A DNA stretch of 64,000 nucleotides from Podarcis bocagei (taxonomy: Eukaryota), in NCBI GenBank assembly GCA_964188305.1, contig OZ076895.1, one strand, 5' to 3'. Within the stretch, counting starts at the first letter, position 1; every line of letters begins with the position of its first letter. Below the pieces are notes generated by a model. It made no database searches. It worked only from the letters and a program-made list of their open reading frames with translations, and was not told the origin of the DNA. Below, in pieces: positions 12,850 through 26,330 of the stretch. The translations under genes and the position numbers were made by a program.

Positions 12850-13156
12850 CTCGGTCCAGTATACCTGAAGGAGCGTCTCCACCCCCATCGTTCTGCCCGG
12901 ACACTGAGATCCACTGCCGAGGGCCTTCTTGGTAGTGGCACCTGCCCTGTGGAACGCCCTCCCACCAGATGTCAAAGAGAACAAGAACTACCAGACATTT
13001 AGAAGACATCTGAAGGCAGCCCTGTTCAGGGAAGCTTTTAATGTTTGACAGACTATTGTATTTTAATATTTGTTGGAAGTCGTCCAGAGTGGCTGGGGAA
13101 ACCCAGCCAGATGGGCGGGGTTATAAATAATAAATGATGATGATGATGATGATTAT
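12850..13156 (+). mobile_element. L2-like (CR1/L2 group) LINE 3' end with (TGA)n tail and an internal deletion
   Basis: Encodes LGPVYLKERLHPHRSARTLRS, then tggaacgccctccc...agacatctgaaggcagccctgtt...gatgggcgggg; same family as 34612-34968. Confidence 0.8.
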
Positions 13157-13159
13157 GCC

Positions 13160-13358
13160 TGGGGAGGACCCATACTTGAGCAGTGAAGCACATGCCTGGA
13201 ACATATAGGTTCCATGTTTAGACTTTAACACCTCCAGTTAAAAGGATCTCAAGCTGCGGGGCTGGGGAAGTTCCCTGTAGAATACCTTGGAGAGTGCCTG
13301 CCTATCAGTGTAAACATTGGTGGACTAGATAGACCAGTGACCCAACTTGGAATAATGA
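13160..13358 (+). mobile_element. Old tRNA-derived SINE (Squam3-like), degenerate
   Basis: acctccagttaaaaggatc...ccttggagagtgcctgcctatcagtgtaaaca...ctagatagaccagtg. Similar degenerate copies lie near 7300-7450(-), 36155-36300(-), 46150-46270(+) and 55600-55745(-). Confidence 0.5.
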
Positions 13359-14203
13359 AGTGATGTCAATCCCTCTCTTGCATGTGGGAGTCCAACCCCA
13401 AACTGAAGAAGCAAAGTTGTATTGTAGCTCTCCTGCTGGGACAAACAGAAGAATCAAACTCTTTAACTTAAAGGCCCAGCTATTAATTGCATAAAGCATT
13501 TGTCCACTGCCACCATAAATTTTCTATGCAGATACACTGTAATTCGCAACAAAACAAAGCAGAGTCTGCTTAGCAGTATGCCTATGTGGCTTTGAGAGCA
13601 CAGGAAGCCATGGAGTAGAATGCTTTACTTGGATTACTCTCTGCTGAGAGCCAATTCAATCTCAAACGGATTATATACTGAGTGCTGCTGAAGGGTGACC
13701 AGAGTAATTTCCCATCTTTGTAGGGGCTTAAGGTGACATTCTTTTGAACTTTATGTGTCTCAGAAGCTCAGAGAAAAGCTTTCAATAAACTAGAGGGGGA
13801 GTCTGTACCAATTCTATGTCGAAAGTAAATGCATTCTTATCCAAAAAGTTGTGTCCTCTCCATGCCACATGCAAAGTGGCAAAATAAAAACCCAGGAAAG
13901 AAAACGACTCTGTGGAACTGAAATTGAGTTCATCCTATGCCTATAATATAACATGGTATTTCAAGTAAGTTGTCTGAAATGTTATTATCCTATTTGCCCA
14001 CACATATATATGGTAGCCTCAAATGGGGGGAAGCCTCCTAACGCTTTCTCAGTTTACAAAGGTTTTTCTGGTGTGATCACCAGGAACCAAATCTTTCTCT
14101 CCAAAGGTGACTGGGCAAGTGGCTGTCTGCAAGCCTTAGGTACTAGGCTCTCCAAGTAGCAAGGGTATAAAGGCTGCGCTACCTCTAGGCTTCCAGTCTA
14201 ACA

Positions 14204-14325
14204 CAGGAGTGAGCAAGCTGTGGCCCTCCAGACTGTGTTGGACTACAACTCTGACCATTCATTGGCAATGTCCGTTGGGGCTGATGTGACTTGGAGTCCA
14301 GCAGCATCTGAAGGGTCACATTGCA
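14204..14325. mobile_element. Degenerate palindromic hAT MITE related to 11343-11480
   Basis: ggccctccagactgtgttggactacaactc ... ggagtccagcagcatctgaagggtc; another remnant lies at ~21317-21416. Confidence 0.55.
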
Positions 14326-14461
14326 CATTAAAGGAAGAAAGAGAGCATGATCTGTCCTGGCTATTTGTTTCCATTGCACATATATCTCTGGCCAGAATCA
14401 CAACTTTGGCCCCAAGGCATGACTCACGCAGAAAGCTTTATCAGATTGTCCCATCCGTTTA

Positions 14462-15369
14462 TTATTATTTTTTGAAAATAATATTTATTACTTTTCCAAC
14501 AATTTAAACACAACACTACAAAAAAAGAACAATACAATACAAAAACACTACATAACACTGACACATTAAACTAACATAACCAAACAAAAACAGTTTAAAA
14601 CACATCAAACAATTTCAGTATCTTATCTTTCATTCACTTATTTCCACGACCTCCTCACACCTCCCTTTTTGTATCCCACTTCTGTTAGTTGTTTCAGCAA
14701 TTCCTTTCCATCTTCCTCTGTTTTCTATCCTATAACTATCTTAACACATTCTAACCTTATTTTTCCTTTAATATTCTATTAATCTATTTATACTTAATTC
14801 CTTATAACATTTCTACTAAAGCCATATAACTTCATTCCAACATTCTTCTAACATTCATTAATTTTGCAGTGTTTCTGTAAATAGTCTTTAAACTTTTTCC
14901 AGTCTTCTTCCGCCGACTCTTCTCCCTGGTCTCGGATTCTGCCAGTCATTTCCCCCAGTTCCATGTAGTACATCAACTTCATCTGCCATTCTTCCCGGGT
15001 GGGTAAATCTTGTGTCTTCCAATACTTCGCGATGAGTATTCTTGCTGCTGTTGTTGCATACATAAAAAAAGTTCTATCCTTCTTTAGCACCAATTGGCCG
15101 ACCATGCCCAGGAGAAAGGCCTCTGGTTTCTTCAGGAAGGTATATTTGAATACCTTTTTCATTTCGTTATAAATCATCTCCCAGAATGTCTTAATCCTTG
15201 GGCATGTCCACCAAAGGTGAAAGAATGTACCTTTAGTCTCATCCCATTTCCAACATTTATTGTCGGGCAAATGGTAAATTTTTTCAAGCTTGACTGGTGT
15301 CATGTACCACCTATAAATCATTTTCATTAAATTTTCTCTTAGGGCATTACATGCCGTGAATTTCATACC
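14462..15369 (-). mobile_element. 5'-truncated L1-clade LINE (ORF2 C-terminus plus 3' UTR)
   Basis: ORF 14848-15366(-) has the Cys/His C-terminal motif KCWKW..TKGTFFHLWWTCP. An A-rich tail and a 15-bp TSD tgtcccatccgttta / tgtcccatctgttta (14447-14461, 15370-15384) are present. Confidence 0.9.
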
Positions 15370-16125
15370 TGTCCCATCTGTTTAACCACAAGACCAGCAC
15401 ACTAGAGAACACTGGTTCTCATGTGCAAGTGCTGTGCTTTTTTCTGACGGTACTCAACAGAACACAGTACTGGCACCTCCCTCCCAAATATATATAGTGA
15501 TTTACTGAGATGGTGGTAAGGTTTTGTTGGGAAATAGCAAACAGAAAGACACACAGAGAAAGAGAAGGAAGAGACACTGACTCCTCTTTCTCCTCCCACT
15601 TCCATAAAAAACACAACTGTTTGTCTCAGTGGCGCTGGGGAAAGTTTGGAGAAGTTTCAGAGAGGAGGTATAAAATTTGGGAAGGAGGGCAGGATGGGTG
15701 CTGGGAAAGGGGATGGTTAGGGAGTCAGGAGGGTGGGGAAAGGACAAGAGGGAGAGAATTGGAGTCCCAATTATAAAGCGAGGAGGAGTCACGAGTTGTG
15801 ACCGGAAGCATGGGCCTTCTCCCGCGCATAATGCGGAGCTGCTTGGAGGAGCCTCTGGCCCATGAACTCCAAGAATGCAGAGCAACCACTGTAATGACAG
15901 GGCAGGAGACTTGGCTTGGATCTCTTTCCTTCTCTCCCCCCACCCCCACTTTTTTATGCGACACACACAATGAATGAATAGCACCCAAAAGGAGGAGGAG
16001 AAAAGGGAGATAAAGAAACTGGACCCACTCGTCAAACCCAAGCCAAGGATGATGCCTTTCAAATGTGGCTTTCTCCTGAGGAGGGCAGAGCAGATGTCAA
16101 GGGAGGGAGGGAGCCTGGAGGCACT

Positions 16126-16606
16126 TGTTGTTGTTTAGTTGTTTAGTCGTGTCCGACTCTTTGTGACCCCCCAGACCAGAGCATGCCAGGCCCTCCTGTC
16201 TTCCACTGCCTCCCACAATTTGGTCAAATTCATGTTGGTAGCTTCGAGAACACTGTCCAACCATCTTGTCCTCTGTCGTCCCCTTCTCCTTGTGCCCTCC
16301 ATCTTTCCCAACATCCAGGTCTTTTCCAAGGAGTCCTCTCTTCTCATGAGGTGGCCAAAGTCTTGGAGCCTCAGCTTCAGGATCTGTCCTTCCACTGAAC
16401 ACTCAGGGCTGATTTCCTTCAGAATGGAGAGGTTTGATCTTCTTGCAGTCCATGGGACTCTCAAGAGTCTCCTCCAGCACCATAATTCAAAAGCATCAAT
16501 TCTTCAGCGATCAGCCTTCTTTATGGTCCAGCTCTCACTTCCATACATCACTACTAGGAAAACCATAGCTTGAACTATATGGACCTTTGTTGGCAAGGTG
16601 ATGTCT
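16126..16606 (-). mobile_element. Bov-B LINE 3' fragment
   Basis: ORF 16135-16464(-) RVPWTARRSNLSILKEISPECS...KSRTRLNN, with a (CAA)n tail. Confidence 0.95.
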
Positions 16607-19600
16607 CTAAATGTGGTGGCTTGGGATTATTATGTAGGAGGCACACTGGAGTAAATTTGCATTACCCATGGGGGGGGGAGAGGAGAGACCCGGTCGCTGC
16701 CCATCCCAGTGTGAAGAAGCCTGGGGTGGTGATTGTGGGATGAGGCAGGGAGCAGTTGAGAATGGAGGCTTCGGGTCTGCAAGGGTCCTGCTGCAAACGA
16801 ATAAAACCAGGAAAGTCACTGTGTGTGTCAGCAACATGGGAAGGGAGGTGCTTCCCTTACTCTTAAGGAAGTTGGGCTGGAGAGAGACAAGCTGGAAGAA
16901 GAAGTCAAAAGAAGGTGTGGCTTCCCCCCCCCCCCACACAGGTAGGAGTAAAGGGATCAGGACCATTTTTTTCCTAGGAAAAAAAATCACTGTGCAAGAG
17001 GCCCCTATTATTCACAACTCAGTGACGTTCTGTTCCAACATCTGTCTGCCTTAAACTAGGTAAATTTAAATAGGACTGATATAAGGGGATCCCAACCATT
17101 TTTCAACTGAGGGGTTAAGACCAGCAATAAAAAAAAATCCTGTGTTATGAAGATTTATTTCATCGCTTCAGCACAAAGCAAACACCATCTTCATGTCAAT
17201 AATTTCATCTCCCTTCAAATAAAAACTTTATTCATTTAAAAGCCATTGCTCGACTCTGTTCTTTGGACTCCGCAGCCTGCAGTGACAGTTACCGCGCTGA
17301 ATACTAATGAGCAGCATAATGGAGCACCATTTCGGTCTCTGGCGCTCTCCAGGGAAGAGCAATCATCTCTGAACTGTCATTGCTAATGCAAACGACTACG
17401 GCTAATCCACTGGGGCTCTGAGCAAAAATGCTGGGAGCTATTGTTTCACGCGTGCCCCCTCTCCCTTTTCAAGATCCATTTCCCTCTTGTAGAAGCCTCT
17501 CCAATTACATTAAATGCACATAAATAAAATAGATTAGAGCAACATACACATAAACTCATTAGGTATACACACCTCTCCCCACATAATGGATTACCCATGG
17601 CAGGGACCTAGCATGACGTGGGCTTTCCTGAGGTCTGGTACTAAATGGAAGAATTCCTGCAAGGGTGCTCTTTTTTAGATTAGACAGACTTTTAGCTATA
17701 ACAGGTACAACTTGGGTGCAAGGGATCCCAATTTGTTTGTGCTGCTATTTGCATTTGCTGAAATGTAACGAATCATGCAGTCAAGGAGGTCTAGGTTCTA
17801 AGGGATGAAACAACATAAATGACACAGATCCTTGGTGTTTTGTTTTTGGGGGTTTTTTAATGCAAGTTTGCTCCACTGGCATCAGTAGAGTTATCCTAAT
17901 TCACACCAGCAGTAGATCTATACCAAATCTATCCGGACACTGAACTGTGGGATCACCACCCACTTTCAAATGGTGTGAATGAAACTGTTTGAGAATAACT
18001 GCCACTTAATCACAACCAACTCACACTTTACTAATGAGGTGCAAATTAGCTTTTAAACTCATCTCCATACTGAACAATATGCATGTCTGGACATCTGTCC
18101 AACATTTCTGGTCCTCTTGGATCATAGAGGTAGAACTAGAGGGGCTGTGTTTTGATTGGCTTGGAGTAATTTTCTCTCTTTTTATACAGATGAAGAAAAA
18201 TTAAACAAAAAACCCCAATTATTTAAGTATTAAACTAAAAAGGAAATAACAAAACTTACCACAAGCCACTTAACTTGTAGTTCTTGGGCTTAATACAATA
18301 ATATATATGATTTGCCTTGAATAATCTTATTTACAAACTTTATTGCTAAAGTTCAAAGTTCTTAAAGTATCTTGTGAGACTGGGGGAGAGGCCATGTCTG
18401 GATATCCATCCAATATTTTTGGTCCTCATGGCTCACATAGGTGAAACTAGAGGATCTTTTAATTGCCTTGCATTATTTTTCCTTTGTGGAAGTGCAACAC
18501 ATCTAGGAATGCTTGGAGCAACTGACCAAATTCCAGAGTGTTTCAGAAATAGAAAACATTAGTAAATGCAGCAGACCTACTTGTGATGCAAGGGGGTGAA
18601 AAAAGAAAAATTAGGCAAACAGATTATGCAAAAAGCCCCCTAAAACATTTTAATTCTAGCTCAAAATCCTCTGTGCATGGGCACATGGACTTAGTTGGTA
18701 TCTGCAATCGTAATGATAGCACACCCTAAAGGGGTCACCAGATCAGGTTGCTCGCCATGCAGAGCAAAATTCTGTGTGTCAGTTGTGGGTTGGATTGGCA
18801 ACAGACCAACATAATCACTTTGGTACCAGCAGCTACGTGGCACAAAGTGGCCTGCGGGCATACTCAACTCTGCCTGGTGACAGTTACTCATGTATTGGAG
18901 CTGTGAAAGCTGGCAGGGTATACCTGGCCTTTTCTCTCGGAAACATGGGTAATTTTGAAGCTGAAATATACTCACAGTGCTATTGACCAGAACACAATGC
19001 ATAGCACCCCTGAGAGCATCAGAGATTTATGGAAATGGCAAAGCACTAAAGAGCCAGTGGGTGCTAATGTATAACCATTACCGAACAATCTACAAATCAC
19101 ATGGTTAGCCACCATTTCAGGTGCCCACTGGAGATTTGTTTGACAGATGGCAAAAATATTAAAATGAAATAAACAAACCTGGATCAGAAATAGCAGTGGG
19201 AGAAAGCAGCTGAGAAAGCATGATAATGCTTGGCTTACAATACTATCAGAGCCTCCAAGTCAGAACACCAGAGCTCATTCCTTCTTTTTTGTCCTCTAAG
19301 TCAGCCAGTGCTCCATCATTCCTTTAAGTAAGTTCTTGCTGGTTTCCAACTAAAAGAAGTGAACACTGGAAATTCATCAGATGATTTGTTCCTGCAATGG
19401 TATGGTTCTGAAGTCTACTTCTCAAATAACATCGCTCCTACAAAATAAACAAGCTGCAAGATGCTCATTACCTCTGGTGATCTGCCTTTTCCATCTGCTA
19501 CCACAAACAAAAGGTGTCAGGTAGTATGGGCCAAATATGGATAAACATGCTCCTGCCCCATTAAGAAAGCAGAGGAAGGTGGTTCGGAAGAGAAAGAATC

Positions 19601-22108
19601 CCCAAGGGAAGAAATGGAACTGGAGAGCACACAGGTGAAATTTCAAGGGGTGGGGGTCACACTGCTGGCAGAAAATGAGCCAAGAGACTGAAAGAGCTTC
19701 AGAAGAAATGTAGACATCAAAAAGATGCCTTGATTTATTTCTCCTCGCTGCAAATCTTACATTTCATAGCAAAATAGCTTTTCTAGTGTGCAACTGTCAG
19801 ATTGCTGCAGTTTTCAGCTAGCCTTGAAAAGACGATTTCCTCTTCACCTGTCTCATCATGTTGCCTACTGCCACATCCATATGGTCAAGCCTTTGCACTC
19901 AGCATTAATTAATCTGGAGTAATGACCAATTCACAACAACTCAGATGAGCAAGAATCCCAACAAGCATTAATTAAAGGGGTGAGGAGAAAGCCACTGAGG
20001 TTTCACACCCCTGATCAAGAGTACAATGGTTTATAAAAGACAAATAAAAGGATAATTAATCTCTGATAAAATAGAAAACCAAAGGCATATGGAGAGGTGT
20101 TCTTGATGGTCACTCCACTTTCAGGTTGCGCCTTCAACCTAGAATGTCTCTTAGAACACCTGCATGATGTCACCACTCTTACACACTTCAAACCCCTCCT
20201 CAACTGACCCACTTTTTCCATGAAAAAACAACCACTTCCCCTTCAACCAACCACTGCTCCCCCAATTTGGCACTAGAGAACTACATTTTCCATCTGATAA
20301 GCTCTACCAAGAGACAGCCATAAAAAACCACACACAGACCAGCACTTCACACACCCTCAAAGTGTAAATCACAGGCTGTGCATGGCAAATAGGCCAAGGC
20401 ACCGGGTCAGATTGCCTGGGAATTGGTAACCACACAGATGTTTTCAATCACCAACTACATAGAAAACCGAGACCTATAACAGAACTTTTTGGCGGCTTGA
20501 TCTCAAAATATATCACAAAACTCCTTTATCCAAGCTGGGCAAGCTTATTGAATAGGCATCAATCTTGAGTGTGTTGAGGAGGTAAGGATGATAGGATGTT
20601 TATCGGTATACACATTTTCATGGGTACCAACAATGGTTCAACACAAATAAAACAATCAGTGGGGTATCGTCTAGAAAACGGGGGAGATGGGAAATAATAC
20701 AGAAGGTATCCAAATGTCAGGTATATATCTGTAAAACCTACAGAGTAAAATATTGATTTGATGATTGTTGGTGTCCACAAAACAAGGCAGTAATGCAAAA
20801 TAAAAGGAAAACACAGGACAGACAGCTTAGGCAGTGTAAACAACAGGTCAGCGTTACTATTGCTATAGAAGTGAAGAGAGGGGACACATTCTTATTTGGT
20901 TTTGAAGCTCACTGGATGGCCTGGGACAAGATACACACACATCCTCTCAGCTGCCTAGTCCCCATAGGGCAGCTGGAACTCCTGAGAACTGGGAAGAAGA
21001 CATGTGAGAACTTTGCTCCACCTGGCACCTCCTGTATCTACCACCAGGGCTGTGGGAGAAATCAGCAGCAGCCACCCAGTGAGGACATCCTGGCCTTTGG
21101 GGGACTAACATCCAACAGCTTCAACAGCCAGGAGATTCAGCAACAGAATGGCATCTGTTGGCAAATCAGAAAATGTGGGGAGGCAGGGGGAGCGGTTATA
21201 TACATACACCTTTACCCTGCTGCAGTGACTACTGATCACTGTTTATTTTATTGTATTTTAAATATATTGTAAGTCAGAACAAGAACTTCTGTTAGTAGAC
21301 ATGCATGTATTTAGTCTTGGACTAAAACTCCCATCATCCTCTATTGGATATGCTGTCAGTGGTTGATAGGCATTGTTATCCAAAACTTCAGGAGGGCACC
21401 ACACTGGCTGCCCCTGAAAAATGCAGTGCACAGTCAGGCAACAGGATTTCATGCCATGGTATGTTTTGGAAGCCACTAGCATAAGTGGCGTTCAAAGGAT
21501 ATGCCTAGAAGATACTAGTAGCAACAGTCAGAAGTCCATTCCCCATGCTTAGGCACTGTGTACTGGATTTTGAGGACCAAGAAAAGGGAAAAGATATTTC
21601 CCATCAAGTCCTGCTCATAAACTTTCTCTGTGATGCAGAATTGGACACCGAAGGGAGACAAAGTATGGAACTTATGACCCAGTGATTCTCGTCTTCATTA
21701 CTCCTTTCCCAGCTGCAGATGTATTGCTGCCATCAACGAAGTTTTCAGGCAGTGGTTATAGGAACAAAGTTCTTTAACTCCCTACCCACCAGCGCTCAAA
21801 CTTCTCTCATTATTCTCCAGGATGGCCACTTACAGAAAGTTAAGTACAGAGATTTCATACCAAAAGTGACTCAACTCTACTACTCAGAAAAAAGCTTTCC
21901 TCGTTTTCAAAGCCCATAAGCAACATTCATGAAGAACATGTCACATTAGTGAAGAGAGATTGACCTCAAGACATTCCAGGCAAATTGCTTTTACTTAGTT
22001 GTGTGATGACCTTTAACCTCCCCCATTACAACCTGATTCTAGAGACGTAAGGTGGAAAACACAGAAGGTAGAGCAGGGTCCCCCCCCCAAAAAAAAGTTA
22101 TTGTGTGA

Positions 22109-22111
<3 letters not shown>

Positions 22112-22153
<42 letters not shown>
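22112..22153. repeat. (ATT)n microsatellite
   Basis: About 14 ATT units. Confidence 0.9.
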
Positions 22154-22154
<1 letters not shown>

Positions 22155-22980
22155 ACTGCAGTTACTGTTAAAGAACAAACATAGGATATTTTTCAAGTCT
22201 GGAGTCCACAACAAAAGTAGACAAGGAAGCAGCAGATGAAAAGTAACTGGAGATGGCTACAAAAATGATGCATGTTGAAAAATTATGCTAAGGTAGAGCT
22301 GTAAAAACCTGGACAGAGAGGCTGTGAATTAGGTACGTATTACCACTCAAAAGATTTGGGAATGTTGATAGGTTTCTATATACTGTCTGAAATTGTTAGA
22401 TAGATGTGTTATGGGACCCCAACAACAAAGCAAAAGAGAGGGAACATCAGTGCACCAAACGAAAGTGTTAAAATAAAACTGATGCTCCCCAGAATTCCCC
22501 ACCACTCAATACATTTAATAGAAATGTGCCTGTTAAACCTCAGCTAAGCCAACCACTCTTACCCAATTTTTCCTTCCCTGTGCAAGACATGGCTGCACTA
22601 AAGGGAAATGTAAAGCAAAAAATTAAGACATCAGATCTGGGGCACAGCTAAGGACAGCAGAAGAGGAAACCACGCAGAGCTGATCCTGTAGGGCACCATC
22701 TACTGTGATGCTTTCTTGGCAAGCCTTACTAAAACAGATAGGAACTGCATCAGAACACAGCTGTCCAGGTTCAGTGAGGCCTGCATGGGAAGACTTGCCA
22801 TTGGAATGTGGCCCCTGTCAATTAGCAAAAGGGGCTGGGAGGCCATATAGATTTTGCACATCAAAGCCCAAAACATCTTGGGCCACCCTTGCTTTTCATG
22901 CACACAACCTTCCTTACATTTTGTCTGTACTATGCAGAGAGCTATGAGACAACGGGCCAAATGGGTGGGAGATGCTGTTA

Positions 22981-23343
22981 AAAAAGTAAAGGTAAAGAAA
23001 GGGACCCCTGACCACTAGGTCCAGTCGTGGCCGACTCTGGGGTTGCGGCGCTCATCTCACTTTATTGGCCGAGGGAGCCGGCGTACAGCTTCCGAGTCAT
23101 GTGGCCAGCATGACTAAGCCGCTTCTGGCGAACCAGAGCAGCGCACAGAAACACCATTTACCTTCCCGCCGGAGCGGTACCTATTTATCTACTTGCACTT
23201 TGACGTGCTTTCGAACTGCTAGGTTGGCAGGAGCTGGGACCGAGCAACGGGAGCTCACCCTGTCGCGGGGATTCGAACCGCCGACCTTCTGATCGGCAAG
23301 TCCTAGGCTCTGTGGTTTAACCCACAGCGCCACCCATGTCCCT
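22981..23343 (-). mobile_element. Full-length Sauria SINE
   Basis: tRNA-like head (gggtggcgctgtggg...ggttcgaatccc on -), (ACCTTT) tail, and a perfect 16-bp TSD gtgggagatgctgtta (22965-22980, 23344-23359). Confidence 0.93.
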
Positions 23344-23771
23344 GTGGGAGATGCTGTTAGTTGGAGAGTTAAGCACGTGATTTCAGTCCCTTGTGTAAAA
23401 CCCACCAATTTCCCTGATGCACTGTGCATCCCTCATCTCCACCTCTTCATATCCAGATCCCACAGTTTTAGTACTGTATTTACGTCAACAGCCAGGTATA
23501 TAAATGGCATCCTAGGAAGCAGAGCATTGTGGATCTGGATCATTATTTCTCCACTTGAGCTGTGCTTGTCTGCCTGCAGAGGAGATGATCACTGGCTTTA
23601 CCCCCTGCACACCCCTGTGGGACCCATTATTTATTGCATTACATTTTATAGTGCTGAGTAAATAAATAGCTTCAAAGTGCTAAATGTCTTCCTCAAAATG
23701 AGTTGTGTTCAGAGGCTGCAGTTCTTTCTTTGGCTTTGGAAAATGCTGTTATTAGGAACTCTATAAAAGAC

Positions 23772-23828
<57 letters not shown>
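23772..23828. repeat. (TG)n microsatellite
   Basis: About 28 TG units with one interruption. Confidence 0.9.
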
Positions 23829-23829
<1 letters not shown>

Positions 23830-25815
23830 GGGTGGAGGGAGGCATTCATCCTAATAGAGATGTGATCAAACAAGGCAGCTGGGGTGTGAAAGGTGACTCT
23901 GTGGGAGCACATGCCTTGCACGTGTGCCTGTCTCACCACCACTCCTCTTGTGTCCTAGCCTGCTGATGTAACCTCCTATCCGCGCAACACCCTCACTTTG
24001 ATCATTCTTGGCAGATGCCATTTCTAAAATGTTAATTTAGATCATTACTTGCTGTATGTGACTTATAAATGAGTATTGTTTACAGGGCTTGAGGCATTGC
24101 TGGGAGAGGGAAGGAAACAGTGACACTCATCACCACCACGTGCACATTTATTGTCACACACACTAAAAAATCATATCCCTTCCCCGGTCTTTGCCAGGTT
24201 GATTTCCTCCAGACATTTTAGACTACAGCTCCCATGTGTCCCTGCCAGCATGGCTGCCTTGCCCAATGAATCCTTAAAACATTGATGAGTTTGCTGGATC
24301 AGGCCAATGGACCATCTAGTCCAGCATCCTGTTCCCATAACGGCCAACCAAATGCCTATGGGAAGAATGCAAGCATGCACAAGAGAAAGGGAGGGCATTC
24401 ACTCCTATTCACGAAGCAGTTTTGATTCAGTATCACCTTGATTTTTGCCTGTGGAATCTCTGGCCAGTGTCTGACAAAATTCAAGCCAGGCCTGCATATG
24501 ATATTTATTCCTCTAGTGTGCCATGCAGCTTGAATCTAATATACCATTCAATTCTGATAATTTCTATTACTGTGCACATTGGCACATCTATCCAGACCCA
24601 TGTTACCTAGTCTAACCTAGTTTCTAGATTCTGCTCACAACTATGGAAAACTCTGAGCAACCTAGGGGTGGGAGAAGAAAGGTCAAACTGCATGCTCATC
24701 TCATCTCAGCGCATGCACACACACACAGTCCCACAGGTCTTGGCACTAGCTCATAACAGATCAGATTCCTTTTGATCAAAGTATTTCAGTGGGATCTGTA
24801 CGTAGTGACAGAAATCTGGCAAACTTTTTAGGGGTGAAGAGTTCCATACTTCTGCTGTCTGGACTTTATAATGCTCACATCACTAAATATAGGCTTTGAA
24901 ATTTCATAACAAACTGTGTGTTGCCAATTCTCCCCCCTTCTCCCCCCACTTCCCCAAAACACACATGCACAGAATAAATCATATGTCAAGAGACATTCAG
25001 TGTGTCTTAGCCATATGAGAGCAAATAATTTAACACTGGAGTGCTTTTAATTTTGTCTGACACTTAGCACATGGCAGGTAGGAGCCTTGAAGACAGCTGA
25101 GGAAAAGTGCTGGTGCAATTCCAAAAGTAATCACAGAAGTTAGTGACAGAAGGGGACCTTGAAGCTTATCTGACCCCTTTCAAGCAGATATACTTCTTTG
25201 CTTCGTGGGGAACCAAACTGGCCTCTCTCAATTACTTTTGTGAACACATTTCAAAGCTCATGATGACCAGCATTCAAGTTGCACCAAGATTTAGGATAAC
25301 TTTGGGTAGCCTTTGAAGCACTATAGGGTTTGTGTGCCTATGAGACTCTATTCACAACATGAACAATTGCATGGCTTCTACATTACGTTAGTACTTGGCC
25401 TCCTTCCAAGAAGACAGAAGTGTCACTATTTTAAACAACCCTCCTTAATTATCCGGAGAGGGCAAGTGGCAAAGAAAGATGTTAGATCAAGTCCTTGGTG
25501 GGATCCATACATGGTGGTGGTGGCTGGATCACAACTTGTAAAGGCCTGGATTAAACCAGTCCTTCAACAACATCTGCACTGCATTTCTTCTCTCTTCCAA
25601 GCACAATTCAAAGTAGTTTGAAGTATTTATAACTGATCGATCTCTAAAAAGTCTGCCCTGATTTAGGAAAGCATCATCTACTCAATGTTCCCATTGCGAA
25701 TTTAAAGTGCAGACACGAACACCCTATTATCAATAGCATACATATAGCATATTGAGAAAAAATACTAAGACAATGGTTCTAGAAAATTTTCTCCAAATGT
25801 AATGTTTGTATATTA

Positions 25816-26077
25816 CCGTATTTTTTGCTCTATAAGACTCACTTTTTCCCTCCTAAAAAGTAAGGGGAAATGTGTGTGCGTCTTATGGAGTGAATGCAGG
25901 CTGCGCAGCTATCCCAGAAGCCAGAACAGCAAGAGGGATTGCTACTTTCACTGCGCAGCGATCCCTCTTGCTGTTCTGGCTTCTGAGATTCAGAATATTA
26001 TTTTTTTTCTTGTTTTCCTCCTGCAAAAACTACGTGCATCTTGTGGTCTGGTGCGTCTTATAGAGCGAAAAATACGG
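25816..26077 (+). mobile_element. Tc1/mariner-superfamily (Tc2/pogo-like CCGTA termini) MITE, 262 bp, with one internal hairpin
   Basis: TIRs ccgtattttttgctctataagac / gtcttatagagcgaaaaatacgg; TA on the left (TG on the right); internal inverted repeat cagaagccagaacagcaagagggat...atccctcttgctgttctggcttctg. Confidence 0.88.
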
Positions 26078-26330
26078 TGATCGATACCACCTTTCTGTCC
26101 TCAAAAAAACATTCACTACCACTAATAACTACATTTTCAAGGTGCTTTATGCAGACTCCCTCAATAATTGCAACACTGCTGCACAGCTGGCTAGACTCTT
26201 ATCACCATATTATAAAGGGGGGCCAGGAGAGAGAGGGAGAGGGAGAGAGGGGGGATGAATGTTGCCTGATGAATTCATGCCCAATTAGACATTTGAACTG
26301 AGGACAACCCAGATGATTGTTCTTCATCTT

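Noticed and set aside
20793-21272. 159-aa ORF, and other long non-TE ORFs such as 15502-16062, 33629-34072 and 46441-46992
   Set aside because: No recognisable domain or splice context; these are low-complexity or chance ORFs, partly overlapping repeats.
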